Source: a virus
Direction: 5' to 3' (one strand)
Virus record (IMG/VR): IMGVR_UViG_3300046507_000282
Location: 1 to 64,000 of that record
DNA length: 64,000 nt
The notes below the pieces were generated by a model. It did no database searches and was not told the DNA's origin. It worked only from the letters and a program-made list of their open reading frames with translations. Every line of letters starts with the position of its first letter. The stretch's first letter is position 1. Below, one piece after another: positions 8,844-18,711 of this stretch. Position numbers and translations under genes: made by a program.

Positions 8844-11800
8844 TTATTCACCTTCGTAAGATTGTCAACGTAAGTCGGGTCAGGCGGCAGCATCAGAACT
8901 TCCAGTTCAAGACGCGGGGCTTTTTTGGACGACCCATGCTCAACGTCGGCGACCATTTTACGCGAAAGGACCATGAACCGCGCGCCGGGCAGCGTCGTGA
9001 TTTCCGCCTCTCCTGAGAAGCCGCCAGAACCGAATGTATCGGTCGCCGCGGCACCCTCTGCATAGTGGATCACAACACGATGCTTGCCAAACCCGCTCGT
9101 CGCCGTATCGTGCTGCGACGTACACATGGAACCCGGGTTCTGGAAAACCAGGCCCTCGGGGTTATCAAGGAACTGACTCACCATTTCATCGGACATTTCA
9201 ATCCACTTATTGATCGTCGTGCCCTCCTTGTGAGAGACAGCCGTTTTGTACAGGTCATCGAGAACCGTACGCGTTTTCTGGCCTTGGTTATCGGTTTCCT
9301 TGCCGTCGCGATACGGCTGGTTGTTCGAGCCAGAACCCTGCACCGCCTTAATGAACGTCGTAACGGTTTCTGGCAGCTTCTTAAACGCGTCGTAGGCCGC
9401 CTTCTTTGCCGCCTCTGTGAGCTTCACGCCTACGGTCTTCGGCCTGAACTTCTCAGGCGAATCCGCAACGCCCAGCGCGATCCAGAATCCCAGGCGCTCG
9501 CTTGCCTTCACGTCGGCAATCGAAACTCCATAGTCGTGCGGCTTGAACAGCGCAGACAGGGACGCCAGCGTGCTCGCCTTCTTAGCCGTGAAGTTGCGCA
9601 TCGGCTCGGGCGGGTTTGCAACCGTGTCCAGGTACGACACGACAGAGTCGTAATACTGCTTCACGTGATTCGAGCCGTGCTCACCAATCGGCTTCTTATC
9701 GCCAACAGCCTCGCCGGTCAACTTGTCAACCGGCTGAAACTGGTATTTCTTCAGCGCGATCAGGTCGCCCTTCAGCGCGAAGTCAAGGATGTCTTGCTCG
9801 GCCTTGATGTTGTGCTGTACGTACGGCTTGTCAGAGATCGGCTTGCCAGAGCCGCCCCAGTTCATGAAGTCGTGCATCGGCGGTACGAGCGCCGGGTTGA
9901 TTTTCAGGTTGCGCGGGTCCGGTTTCGCCTTATCGCCCTGCGCGCCAGCTTCCTTCTTTGCCTTGGCGGTCGGATACTGCTCGCTCATGTTGTGCTTGCG
10001 TGCGATCAACTTCGCGGCGAGGCGCGTCTTCTCGCTCGCCGAGCCCGGCCCGAACTCCATTACCAAGCCTTCGATTTCATGGTCAGGAATGTTGGCGATC
10101 TTTGCGACGGAGGCCGTGATGTCCGCGGCGCTCATTTTCCCGAACACAGCAGCCGTGTTGGCGTTCTTCGCCGGGTCCAGCATCGTCTTGAGGTCGGTTA
10201 CCTCGTTCTCGAAAGTCTGCTTCTTACCGCCTGCGCCGCCGTACAGCAGAGCGCCGCCCGCATCGATGCGCACAGCCGATCCATCGGGCTTGAAGAGGAT
10301 GTTGTCGAACCCCTTCCCGGCAGCCGGGTTGTTGCCCACCGTGTCCCAGTTCGCCAGCCATGCGTCGGCAGCGAAGCCAGACAGCAGGCCCGGCGCTTTT
10401 CCTTCGAGCAACGCGGACTTGTTCGCCACCGCGCCATCGATGATCTTCGACGCTAGCCCGATCTTGCCGCCCTGGTTGACGAGCTTGACTTCCGGAACTT
10501 CGACGCCAGCCAGCGCATACAGTTTCGTCGCAAGAAGTTCGTTTTTCACGATCTTCTCGCCGCCAGCCGGGAACTTGACGTACCACTTCTGGCCGCTCGC
10601 GTCCTCGAACGTGCCGCCCGGGTTGTAGCCTCCCTGCGGACCTACCTGCTTCCATCCATCCACGGATTCGGTTTCGGTCTTCGTCGTGCCCACCACCTTT
10701 GACGCGGCCTTCTTCGGTGCGGTAGCGGCAGCAGCCTCGCCGGCTCCTGTTGTGCCCGCCATAGCAGCCTTCAGAGCGAGCGCGTAGGCCGCCAGCGCCT
10801 TGCCGTTTTCGCTGGCATTGCCCGGCGCACCCTCTTTCCAGATTCCCCACTTGCCATCGTCCCCAGCGTCGATCATGACCTTGTGGCCGTTCGGCTTGCT
10901 GTCATAGATCGCCTTGTCGAGCCCAGCATCGCCATCCTTCAGGGCGATGGCTTGAAGCGCCTTGACCGTCTTGTTCATCTTGACGGAATTTTTGCCCTCA
11001 AACTTCGGCTTTGCTACCGACGCCACCTTCTTTACGAGTTCCTTTGGATCAGTGGCCTTCGGCTCGTCGCCACCCTGCTTGTGCCAGCGCCCATCCTTGA
11101 ACACCAGCATGCCGTCGGCACCCTGCTTCGTGTCGCCTTCCTTGGGGCCGCTATCGGCAGCGCCTGGCTGCTTCTCTGCCCACTCGGCGAGCGCGGAAGC
11201 ATATTGCTCCTCGGCGTCCTGCTGCGTCCCGGCGTCCACCTTGGCGAAGTTCTTCAGCTTCTCGATACCCTCTGCACCCTGCGTCGTCGCCCACTTCTTC
11301 AGGGTTTTGGCGGTCCCTTCATCGACGCCAGCCGACGGCTCAGGCATAACGCTCTGATCGGCTGAACCGATATGCTTCGCCTCTTCGCCCAGCGACGCGA
11401 GCGCATCCTTGGCGTATGCGGCGATCTTCTTATCATCCAGGTTGTTACCGGCGTAATCGAACGCACTGTAATAGTCCTGAAGGTTGCTCACTTGGCCGCC
11501 AACATGGCCGACGGCGCTACCCTTCGTAGTCAGGTCATGAATGGCCTTGGCGGCGTCTTTGTGAAGGTCACTCATGTCTGCGGTATCGAGGACCGGAAGC
11601 GACGGCGCAGAATCTGCGGTCATCTTCGTCGCGAGTTCGCCGATCTTCTTCGCGGCGTGCTCGGCGGTCTTCTGCATGCCGTTCTTCGCGGCGTAGGCTG
11701 CAATGTCCTTCAGCGTCTGCATGTCGCCCTTCTCGGCGGCAGCGTTGATGTCATCGAACAGGCCGCCAGTCGGCTCGGCGGCAGGCTTCGCGCCCATCGC

Positions 11801-13483
11801 GATCAGCACATTGCCGATCCAATCTTTGACTTCCGGAATGATTCCGTCTACCGCTTGCAGTTTCTTCAGGGCATCCGCATCGCCGTTGGCAGCATGCTTT
11901 GCAACAGAGTCCCATGTCTTCGGACCCATGCCATCCGGATGCGCGAGCAACGCGTCGGAAACAGCCTTCGGAAGTTCCGTGTCGGGAGCGGGAATGTCGG
12001 CTGGCGCGGACTCCATCGCGGGCTCATTGCCTTTGGCGTGCGCGAGCGCGGCATCGTAGAACGCCATCAGCGTCTTCGAGTTCGCCGTCTTGCCCTTCCA
12101 CGTGTTGCCGACCTTGCCGTTCTTCGGCGTCAGGCCGTCAGCCTTCATGTCTTCGAGCACCTGCACGTTTCCGGCTTCGGCGTGCTCTTTGATCTTCTTC
12201 GCGACTTTCGCGTAGTGCTCGGCATACTTGGTTTCGCCATCCTTGCTCGGGGCGAATTCGGGCACAGAGAGGCCGCCAGCGGTCGCTGCAGCGGCTTGCT
12301 CGCCTTGCTTGACCCAATGGCCGTCTTTGAGCACCAGCGTGCCGTCAGCGCCTTCCTTGGTATCGCCCTCTTTCGTGCCTTCGTCGGCAGCAGCGACCTT
12401 CGACGCGGCCAGCTTCTTCGACTCGGCCGCCAAGTGAGCGGTCGTAGCTTCAGACGGCTTTGCTGGGTTGAGCCACGACGGAGTCGGCTTCGCATCGGGC
12501 GCGGCGGCAGCGGGCTCCTGTTTCTTCTCACCTTCGTCCTTCAGCGCTGCATGCTCGCCCATCTTTTGGCCGGGCGCGACCGTGTGCTTCGAGCCCATCG
12601 CGGCGAGCGCCTCGTTGGCGAGCTTTGCAGCCTGCTTGCCGTACGTGTGCGACTGATAGCCGTGATTCAGGATGTCTTTCGGGTTGTCCGTCACCAGCGC
12701 GTGCGCAATCGCGTCCAGCTTCTTCTTCATGCCGGGCGTGATGTGATGGTCGGACGGCAGCTTCGCCTTGGCGGCTTCGATCTTATCGAGCACCGCGGCC
12801 TTCGCGTCGTTCTCAGCGCCGAGCTTCGCGCCCGTGGGCGGCTCTGACTTCGGTTCCGGCTTGGGCTCGGGTTTGGGTTCCGGCTTCGATTCTGGCTTGG
12901 GCTCAGGAGCGGGTGCAGCGGGCTTCGCTTCCTCTTTGGCCGCAACCACCTTCGGCGCTTCCTTTGGAGCCTCCTGCGCGGCTTCTGGCTCATCCTTGGG
13001 CGCACTCGCCTTCCATTGTTGGAAGCCCTCTGCGAACTCGTGCCACTTCCCGGCCTGCTTGAATGCCTCGCCAAACTCTTCCTGCTTCGCGCCGGGCAGC
13101 GAATGAAACGCCTTCCACTCGGCATTAATCGGCTTCTCGCCGGCAAGAATCTTTTTCTTCAGCGCGTTGGCGCGCGAGAGCATCGATGCCTTGTGTTGGA
13201 TCGCGGTCGCCTCTTTCAGGACGTGCGCCACCTTATGGTCGTGAGGCATCGCATTGAACCAGTCCTTTTTGGACAGCTTCTTATGCGCTTCCTTCTCGGT
13301 GTAGTTGCCTTGACCGGCGACAGCCTTGTGCTCGTCGTGGTCGGTCGAAACGTTGACCCAGTGCATGTGCCCGGCGACGGGCGTGCCATCGCGCTTGGTG
13401 TAGCCCGGAATCCACACCTGTTTCTTCGTCACCGCTTTCATGAAAAGCAGCAAAGGTGCGTACGGGCGAATGTCGTCGTTCAT
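8840..13483 (-). CDS. Large polyvalent (probably virion-internal) protein: tag + Ala/Lys-rich region + HipA/PI3K-like kinase + C-terminal ADP-ribosyltransferase-like domain
   Basis: Kinase GGYNPGG, WYVK, NE, DAWLANWD...DN, RIDAGG; ART-like GSMCTS and GEAEITTLPGARF; start set at ATG 13483 behind a GGGG RBS. Confidence 0.8.
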   Translation of the reverse strand: MNDDIRPYAPLLLFMKAVTKKQVWIPGYTKRDGTPVAGHMHWVNVSTDHDEHKAVAGQGNYTEKEAHKKLSKKDWFNAMPHDHKVAHVLKEATAIQHKASMLSRANALKKKILAGEKPINAEWKAFHSLPGAKQEEFGEAFKQAGKWHEFAEGFQQWKASAPKDEPEAAQEAPKEAPKVVAAKEEAKPAAPAPEPKPESKPEPKPEPKPEPKSEPPTGAKLGAENDAKAAVLDKIEAAKAKLPSDHHITPGMKKKLDAIAHALVTDNPKDILNHGYQSHTYGKQAAKLANEALAAMGSKHTVAPGQKMGEHAALKDEGEKKQEPAAAAPDAKPTPSWLNPAKPSEATTAHLAAESKKLAASKVAAADEGTKEGDTKEGADGTLVLKDGHWVKQGEQAAAATAGGLSVPEFAPSKDGETKYAEHYAKVAKKIKEHAEAGNVQVLEDMKADGLTPKNGKVGNTWKGKTANSKTLMAFYDAALAHAKGNEPAMESAPADIPAPDTELPKAVSDALLAHPDGMGPKTWDSVAKHAANGDADALKKLQAVDGIIPEVKDWIGNVLIAMGAKPAAEPTGGLFDDINAAAEKGDMQTLKDIAAYAAKNGMQKTAEHAAKKIGELATKMTADSAPSLPVLDTADMSDLHKDAAKAIHDLTTKGSAVGHVGGQVSNLQDYYSAFDYAGNNLDDKKIAAYAKDALASLGEEAKHIGSADQSVMPEPSAGVDEGTAKTLKKWATTQGAEGIEKLKNFAKVDAGTQQDAEEQYASALAEWAEKQPGAADSGPKEGDTKQGADGMLVFKDGRWHKQGGDEPKATDPKELVKKVASVAKPKFEGKNSVKMNKTVKALQAIALKDGDAGLDKAIYDSKPNGHKVMIDAGDDGKWGIWKEGAPGNASENGKALAAYALALKAAMAGTTGAGEAAAATAPKKAASKVVGTTKTETESVDGWKQVGPQGGYNPGGTFEDASGQKWYVKFPAGGEKIVKNELLATKLYALAGVEVPEVKLVNQGGKIGLASKIIDGAVANKSALLEGKAPGLLSGFAADAWLANWDTVGNNPAAGKGFDNILFKPDGSAVRIDAGGALLYGGAGGKKQTFENEVTDLKTMLDPAKNANTAAVFGKMSAADITASVAKIANIPDHEIEGLVMEFGPGSASEKTRLAAKLIARKHNMSEQYPTAKAKKEAGAQGDKAKPDPRNLKINPALVPPMHDFMNWGGSGKPISDKPYVQHNIKAEQDILDFALKGDLIALKKYQFQPVDKLTGEAVGDKKPIGEHGSNHVKQYYDSVVSYLDTVANPPEPMRNFTAKKASTLASLSALFKPHDYGVSIADVKASERLGFWIALGVADSPEKFRPKTVGVKLTEAAKKAAYDAFKKLPETVTTFIKAVQGSGSNNQPYRDGKETDNQGQKTRTVLDDLYKTAVSHKEGTTINKWIEMSDEMVSQFLDNPEGLVFQNPGSMCTSQHDTATSGFGKHRVVIHYAEGAAATDTFGSGGFSGEAEITTLPGARFMVLSRKMVADVEHGSSKKAPRLELEVLMLPPDPTYVDNLTKVNK

Positions 13484-13506
13484 GAGTACCCCATTGGAAT
13501 AGGGGT

Positions 13507-13521
13507 AGCTTGGCGTCACGA
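13507..13521 (-). promoter_or_regulatory. Putative late promoter TCGTGACGCCAAGCT
   Basis: Motif; downstream TACCCC/GGGGTA hairpin covers the RBS. Confidence 0.7.
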
Positions 13522-13539
13522 TCACACGGTTCAGAAACG

Positions 13540-13560
13540 AAAAAACCGCCCGAAGGCGGC
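13540..13560 (-). terminator. Rho-independent terminator
   Basis: ccgcccgaaggcgg hairpin with T-run on the minus strand. Confidence 0.65.
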
Positions 13561-13564
13561 ATTC

Positions 13565-15691
13565 TCAGTTGTAGTAGAGCGGCACTAACGCCATAGCGTC
13601 AGTCACCACATACCCGGTCGTGCCCGTGTTGCTCACGACGACCTTGTTATTTGCCGGATCGTTGGCCGTGAACGCATACGTGCCGAGCAACTTCCATGCG
13701 CCAGAAGTCGTGTTCAGTTCGTTGACGTTGATCGCCGCCTGCACTGCGCCAGCAGCCGTTACCGTGTGCGGCACCGAACCCGACCGCGTCCCGGTCGCAC
13801 CTTCCGGATAGAACACGTATGCGCTATACGTCCCGGCCTTTGGCAGGTTGAACTGGAATTCAACCGAGCACGAACCCTTGTTGGTCGATCCATCGCTCAG
13901 ATAGGTCGGGCCGAAAATGGATGCCTCGCTGAAGGTGCTAAGGGTCTGTAGTTCCTGCCACGCTCCCGCCACAACAATCTGACCGCTCCCATTAGGATCG
14001 GCGTACGTTCCAGCCGCGTTACTGCCCGGCTGAATATCGAGAACGACTGCGCCAGAAGGGTAATAGCCCATCGCTTCCTTGATCTTGTACGGGTCAACGG
14101 CTTGCACCGTCGCGCCCGTGTCGATTGCGCGGGCCGCAGCATAACCGGCTGCCTCGCCGAGTTGCATGGAGATTGGCTCAACACGAATCGATGCAAACGC
14201 CGCGTGTGACGCCGACACTGCGAAAGTGACCAGGAGGTTCGTGCATTCGGCAATTTTCGGGCAGAGCGCCTTGTAGCTGATCCAGTAGCGTCCATCAGCG
14301 CCGCCGCTCGCCGTCTTTTGAAAGAAGCCGCCTTCGAGCGCGACGAAGCCGTCATAAACGACCGTCTGGCAGTGGTGCGAGTCCATCGCGTAGAAGCCGA
14401 CTGCCACGCCATCGTTGACCGGCGCGATGCGCTGGCAGTGCTGGTCAGTCATAACGAAGTCGCCGACCATGCGCCTTCCCTCGCGTACGTAAAGCTGGCC
14501 CGGCAGGCCGCGCCGCGTCGGAATCTGCGAATATGGCGGCAGACCGAACCCGGCCAGCGTCGTCTTGATTCCAGCCGGCACGCGCGAATCTTCGCGAAGG
14601 AACTTGAACAGCCCCAGCGCCCAATCGACGTGCTGCTGATAGATGACGGCGCGCTGCGCATACGTCGCATTCGGCCATGCATCAGCGCCGCCAATGAAGT
14701 CGAGTTGCTGAAGCGCAGAGCCTGCATTCAGATCGGTCACGCCATCTTTGCAAAGGTGATCGTTGAACAGGCCGGGCGGGCTCGCGTTGTCACTCCATGC
14801 CGTGATTTGACCAGCAGCGAACTGACGACCGAGGATCTCGTAATTGAGCGGGTTGTAATTCGTCGGCTCGGGAAAGCGACGGTATGTGCCGGGGCCGCCA
14901 CTCGTTGACACGACATTCACACGGAACCCGTACGCCTGCACACGACTATCGCCCGTGCCCACGGCGGCGACTGTCGAATTCACGCCATGCAGCAATCCGG
15001 ATGCCGGCACGCCCGGCGTAACGTATGGGTCAATCTGCCATGCGCCCGCCTTGTTGTACGGCGTTACGACCCCGTTGTACGTCTCGCCGTACTGCGAATT
15101 AGCCTCACGCCCTACCGCGAACGAACACCCTGCGGCGGCCATCAAATCGCCTTCGTAGGTCGCGTCGATATAGACCGATGCGGTAACCGATAGCTGCGGC
15201 GCAGTCAGCGGCGTCAGCGCGTCTTCGAAGGTCACTGAGTCGATCTTCGTGCCCGACTTCTTTACGGCGGTCGCCACCACGCGATAGTTATTCCGCACCG
15301 CGATACGGATCGATGCGAGCATTGCCGTCAGTTGCGCGATTGTCGCTTTCGGCGAGCCGTTTAGGCTTTGCCCCCAAAAGGTCGGATAGTCCGTTGCATT
15401 CGCCGTGTAGTTCGCGCTCCAGATAGCGCGATAGAGGGTGTTGGCAAGCCCCTTCAAAACGTTGCAGTCACCGCCAGCGCGGTCGGTGTAACTAAGGCCG
15501 CCCTGCGCTGGCATGCCGCCGAATACGGCGTCAGGGTTGATTAGCTCAACCGACTTGCCATTCTGCGCGGCAGAGATCGCCGCCATGATGCCGCTAGCCG
15601 TCGCGCCATAGACACACACGTCCACGTTACGCGTTGCATAGAGGGCGTCCGCTTTGCTTTTGCTTACGCCGGGCGCGTCAAGAAATCCCAT
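13565..15691 (-). CDS. FAD-dependent oxidoreductase (FAD_oxidored-type) with C-terminal golvesin/xanthan-lyase-like beta-sandwich
   Basis: VDVCVYGATASG, IDATYEGDL, LYVREGRR, MDSHH, SASHAAFASIRVEP; C-terminal W..LGTY.F...V.DA. Confidence 0.85.
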   Translation of the reverse strand: MGFLDAPGVSKSKADALYATRNVDVCVYGATASGIMAAISAAQNGKSVELINPDAVFGGMPAQGGLSYTDRAGGDCNVLKGLANTLYRAIWSANYTANATDYPTFWGQSLNGSPKATIAQLTAMLASIRIAVRNNYRVVATAVKKSGTKIDSVTFEDALTPLTAPQLSVTASVYIDATYEGDLMAAAGCSFAVGREANSQYGETYNGVVTPYNKAGAWQIDPYVTPGVPASGLLHGVNSTVAAVGTGDSRVQAYGFRVNVVSTSGGPGTYRRFPEPTNYNPLNYEILGRQFAAGQITAWSDNASPPGLFNDHLCKDGVTDLNAGSALQQLDFIGGADAWPNATYAQRAVIYQQHVDWALGLFKFLREDSRVPAGIKTTLAGFGLPPYSQIPTRRGLPGQLYVREGRRMVGDFVMTDQHCQRIAPVNDGVAVGFYAMDSHHCQTVVYDGFVALEGGFFQKTASGGADGRYWISYKALCPKIAECTNLLVTFAVSASHAAFASIRVEPISMQLGEAAGYAAARAIDTGATVQAVDPYKIKEAMGYYPSGAVVLDIQPGSNAAGTYADPNGSGQIVVAGAWQELQTLSTFSEASIFGPTYLSDGSTNKGSCSVEFQFNLPKAGTYSAYVFYPEGATGTRSGSVPHTVTAAGAVQAAINVNELNTTSGAWKLLGTYAFTANDPANNKVVVSNTGTTGYVVTDAMALVPLYYN

Positions 15692-15700
15692 TGTTTTGCC

Positions 15701-16072
15701 TTACGTGATGGTGATAGCGGGTTGCGCCGTGACTGCGCCGTTGGCGTCGCGCGTGACTGCCGCCTGCGTGACGGTCTTTACGGTCGAGCCGTTGATGTAG
15801 GTCGCATGCCAAGCGTCGATTGCGCCAGGGAAAGCAGCGCTAGCAATGTCGGTAGTGAACTCGCCGGTCGAGCCATCCGGCCACACGATGCTTGCGGTGA
15901 CAATCGCGCCATTCGCGTCGCGCACGGCTTCAGTGGCGGCGAACGCCTGCGCATATGCCCATGCCAACAGCCCCGCGCTGGTCAATTGCTGCATCTTCGC
16001 AAGCGCCTGTTGCGCCTGATTCGCAGCCATGAACGCCTGCGCCAGCGAACTCTGGCTAATGTCCACAGTCAT
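15701..16072 (-). CDS. Putative virion/adaptor protein
   Basis: Two RDANGA motifs, WPDG; first gene behind a late motif. Confidence 0.65.
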   Translation of the reverse strand: MTVDISQSSLAQAFMAANQAQQALAKMQQLTSAGLLAWAYAQAFAATEAVRDANGAIVTASIVWPDGSTGEFTTDIASAAFPGAIDAWHATYINGSTVKTVTQAAVTRDANGAVTAQPAITIT

Positions 16073-16099
16073 AGAAACCCCTTCAATTCATTTACACGA

Positions 16100-16114
16100 A
16101 GGGTCGCGTCACGA
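16100..16114 (-). promoter_or_regulatory. Putative late promoter TCGTGACGCGACCCT
   Basis: Motif; CCCTTC/GAAGGG hairpin covers the RBS. Confidence 0.65.
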
Positions 16115-16185
16115 ATTCAGGGGCCAATCATGGTGATCGGAGATTGTCCGATTAGGACAAGGTTTAGATGGCGGCAGGATAAATG

Positions 16186-16214
16186 AAAAAGGCCCGGGGA
16201 TTAGCCGGGCCTTC
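16186..16214 (-). terminator. Rho-independent terminator
   Basis: aaaaaggcccgg...ccgggcctt. Confidence 0.7.
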
Positions 16215-16314
16215 TCACTCAAGGTCTCACCCTTCGGTGTCATGGCACCATCCGGGTTCCTACTGCGACCGTGCGCCCCATGAGGCAATCGCTTTCGCGC
16301 TTGAGGACCGCAGA

Positions 16315-16701
16315 TTAGCAGTTTCCGCCTTCGATGTCCACATGCTGCAGAAGCTCGGCGGCGACGACGTTGAGGCAATCCAGCACGAGGTCATGCGAGT
16401 AGCTACGAACCGACAGCAGGTGGCGGCCATTGCGGATAGCCGTTTCGATGGTGGCACGTGACTGCGTGATCGGAGCCTTGCGCCCAATGGGCAGCGCAGC
16501 ATTGTGAATCGCGAGCGCATCAGAATGGAACGTCGCTTCAATAAAGCGTGAGCATTCCTTGTCCCAGTAGAAGCACGCGACCTCGCTCTTGCACCGCGCC
16601 GAGTTCACGACCATTTTCGGGCCGTCGATCCCCTTCAGCGAGACCTGGTCGCCTGGCTGAAGCGGGCGCTCATCGGGCGGCGTATCTTGATTGATGCTCA
16701 T
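16315..16701 (-). CDS. YodC/DUF2158-like protein
   Basis: PGDQVSLKGIDGPKMVV...C.YW...F..DAL. Confidence 0.7.
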   Translation of the reverse strand: MSINQDTPPDERPLQPGDQVSLKGIDGPKMVVNSARCKSEVACFYWDKECSRFIEATFHSDALAIHNAALPIGRKAPITQSRATIETAIRNGRHLLSVRSYSHDLVLDCLNVVAAELLQHVDIEGGNC

Positions 16702-16846
16702 ATAAGTATTTGAGTAAATGAGTTGAGTTACAGGCAGGCGACGATCAGGCCGCCGAAGCCCATGAAGTACGCGAACACCGGAGCGGTATCAACCGCGCAC
16801 AGTGCGCACACGAATGCCGCGGTGATTGCGAGTCCCTTCCCGATGC

Positions 16847-18067
16847 TCATGCCGATACCTCGCCAGTGAGCTTCACGTTGCCAGTGAACACAACCGGCGC
16901 TTCCGTCTCGACGTTGACGCTGCCATCCGCATGCACCAGCACAGCCAGCTTTACCGGATAAACGCGTGCAGACCTCGTCTTCAAGGCTTCGAGCGCGTAG
17001 TGCGTGACGTTGCGGCGCAGGCTTTCGAGCGCCTCATTCTTCTCTGCGATCACGCCCTTCAGCGTCTTTACGTCAAGCTGGCGCTCCTCTTCCTTCGCTG
17101 CCAGCAGCTTTTCCAGCGAGGCGAGGGTTTCATTGCGGGCGGACAGCGCGCGGTCAGCCAGGCGGAAACTGGCCTTCGCGGTTTCGCGCTCGGTAATGAT
17201 CTCGTTCAGTTCGCGGCGGAACGATGCCAGCTTGCCATTGGCGTCAGAGAGAGCCTCGCGGATGTCGTTCATAGCCTGGTGAGCGACACTAATTTCGCTC
17301 GCGGCGTTGGCAGCTTCCGTGCGGCGCGCGGCGCGCTCGGCGGCTAGTTCTTCACGCAGGCGGGCAGCTTCCGCGTCGAACGAGCCCGCGCGCTGCTGAA
17401 AGCCGATGATCGTGTTGCGCTGGCAGTCGATACGCTTCAGCAGGTTCTCGCGCTCGACGCGCAGGTCATCGACAAGTTCCTCAACGTCGCCCTTCCGGCG
17501 AGCGAGGATTTTCATGGCCTCTGCGTCGCTCGCTGCCTTCTGCAGATACGCACCGCGCTCGGCCTGGAAGTTGCCAATGGTGATAGCCTGGTTCTTCAGG
17601 TGGCGCTCGTTGTCTTCGAGCACGCCAGCCTGCTCGCCGATGCGCGCATCAAGGCGAACGTGCTCGTCGGCGAACTGCTTATTCGCGGCGCGCAGATCCG
17701 TGCATTGACCGATCAGTGCGTCGCGCTGGCTTGTGCGCTGAACCAACTCGCCCGTAAGTTCTTCGATACGCACATTAAGGCGCGCGTTCTCGTCGCAGAA
17801 CTGCTTGTTGGAATGGCGCAGCGCGGTATGCTCGCGCTGGTATTGCGCGTTCTCTGAAACGATGGCCTGCACGTCGCGCAGGAAGAAATCGATAGCGTAG
17901 CCATCCACAACGATGTTCCGGCCCGGGGTGCTGAACCTGCAGCCGTTCAGCGAGTTGTACGGGTCGCGAACTTCGAATTTGCACTTCGCCAGCGAGTCAA
18001 TCGCCGCGGCAAACTGAACGTCATTCAGTGCGCGGCGCGGCTTGGTATCTTCGGTATTTTCTGACAT
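16847..18067 (-). CDS. Long coiled-coil protein
   Basis: Heptad-rich E/R/A/L sequence. Confidence 0.75.
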   Translation of the reverse strand: MSENTEDTKPRRALNDVQFAAAIDSLAKCKFEVRDPYNSLNGCRFSTPGRNIVVDGYAIDFFLRDVQAIVSENAQYQREHTALRHSNKQFCDENARLNVRIEELTGELVQRTSQRDALIGQCTDLRAANKQFADEHVRLDARIGEQAGVLEDNERHLKNQAITIGNFQAERGAYLQKAASDAEAMKILARRKGDVEELVDDLRVERENLLKRIDCQRNTIIGFQQRAGSFDAEAARLREELAAERAARRTEAANAASEISVAHQAMNDIREALSDANGKLASFRRELNEIITERETAKASFRLADRALSARNETLASLEKLLAAKEEERQLDVKTLKGVIAEKNEALESLRRNVTHYALEALKTRSARVYPVKLAVLVHADGSVNVETEAPVVFTGNVKLTGEVSA

Positions 18068-18250
18068 GTGGTTTCACTCTGAAGTTATAGACCGTCCTGC
18101 CCTTCGCCGTGCGCCCAATCTCTTCCGGCTCGCGCGGGTCGAAGAACAGGACGCAAAAATGCAGATAAAGCAGAACGGGGAACATATGGCCTTTTTAATC
18201 TGTGCCCGCCGCAGAACTGTATCCGCGACTAGGCACATGGTCAAGCGGTA

Positions 18251-18694
18251 TTACGCGGTTTGCGCAGGCGGAGATTGCTGGTTCATGCCGGCGAATGCGG
18301 ACATGATTGCCGCGGCGTCGCGGTCCATCCATTCCTTCTGTGCTTTCTTCTTCGCTTCGAGAATGCGGAGCCGCATGAGCGAGAGACCAAGGCAGGCGAC
18401 AAGCCACGCTACAGCAATGACGTAGTGCGTGAACCAGATCAGGCCGATCAGAATGAAGTACTGCGATACCACTTCCGCGCCGCGCCAGAACTTGCCAGCC
18501 AGACTCGCCTTAAGCGCCCCCTCGGGCTTCACTGGGAAGCACAGCGCCAGCAGCACCAGCAGAGCGACGCCGATCACATAAGCGCTCAGGACGTGCCCAG
18601 CGCCAGCGACGCCTTTAATCAGCCACGCGAACAACAGCGCCCACATGATGACGTTACGGAACAGCATGAAACAGGTTTTCAGGATTGACTTCAT
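18251..18694 (-). CDS. Multi-pass membrane protein
   Basis: About four hydrophobic segments; GGAG RBS. Confidence 0.7.
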   Translation of the reverse strand: MKSILKTCFMLFRNVIMWALLFAWLIKGVAGAGHVLSAYVIGVALLVLLALCFPVKPEGALKASLAGKFWRGAEVVSQYFILIGLIWFTHYVIAVAWLVACLGLSLMRLRILEAKKKAQKEWMDRDAAAIMSAFAGMNQQSPPAQTA

Positions 18695-18711
18695 CGTTCA
18701 AAACTCCAAGG

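Noticed and set aside
12840-12910. 12-bp-period tandem repeats
   Set aside because: They encode a PEPK linker within the large protein; not a CRISPR array or iterons
329-13588. Long plus-strand ORFs (e.g. 329..1585, 6177..7301, 9065..10456, 11372..12847)
   Set aside because: Antisense shadows of GC-rich minus-strand genes that have clear protein motifs; no recognisable motifs of their own
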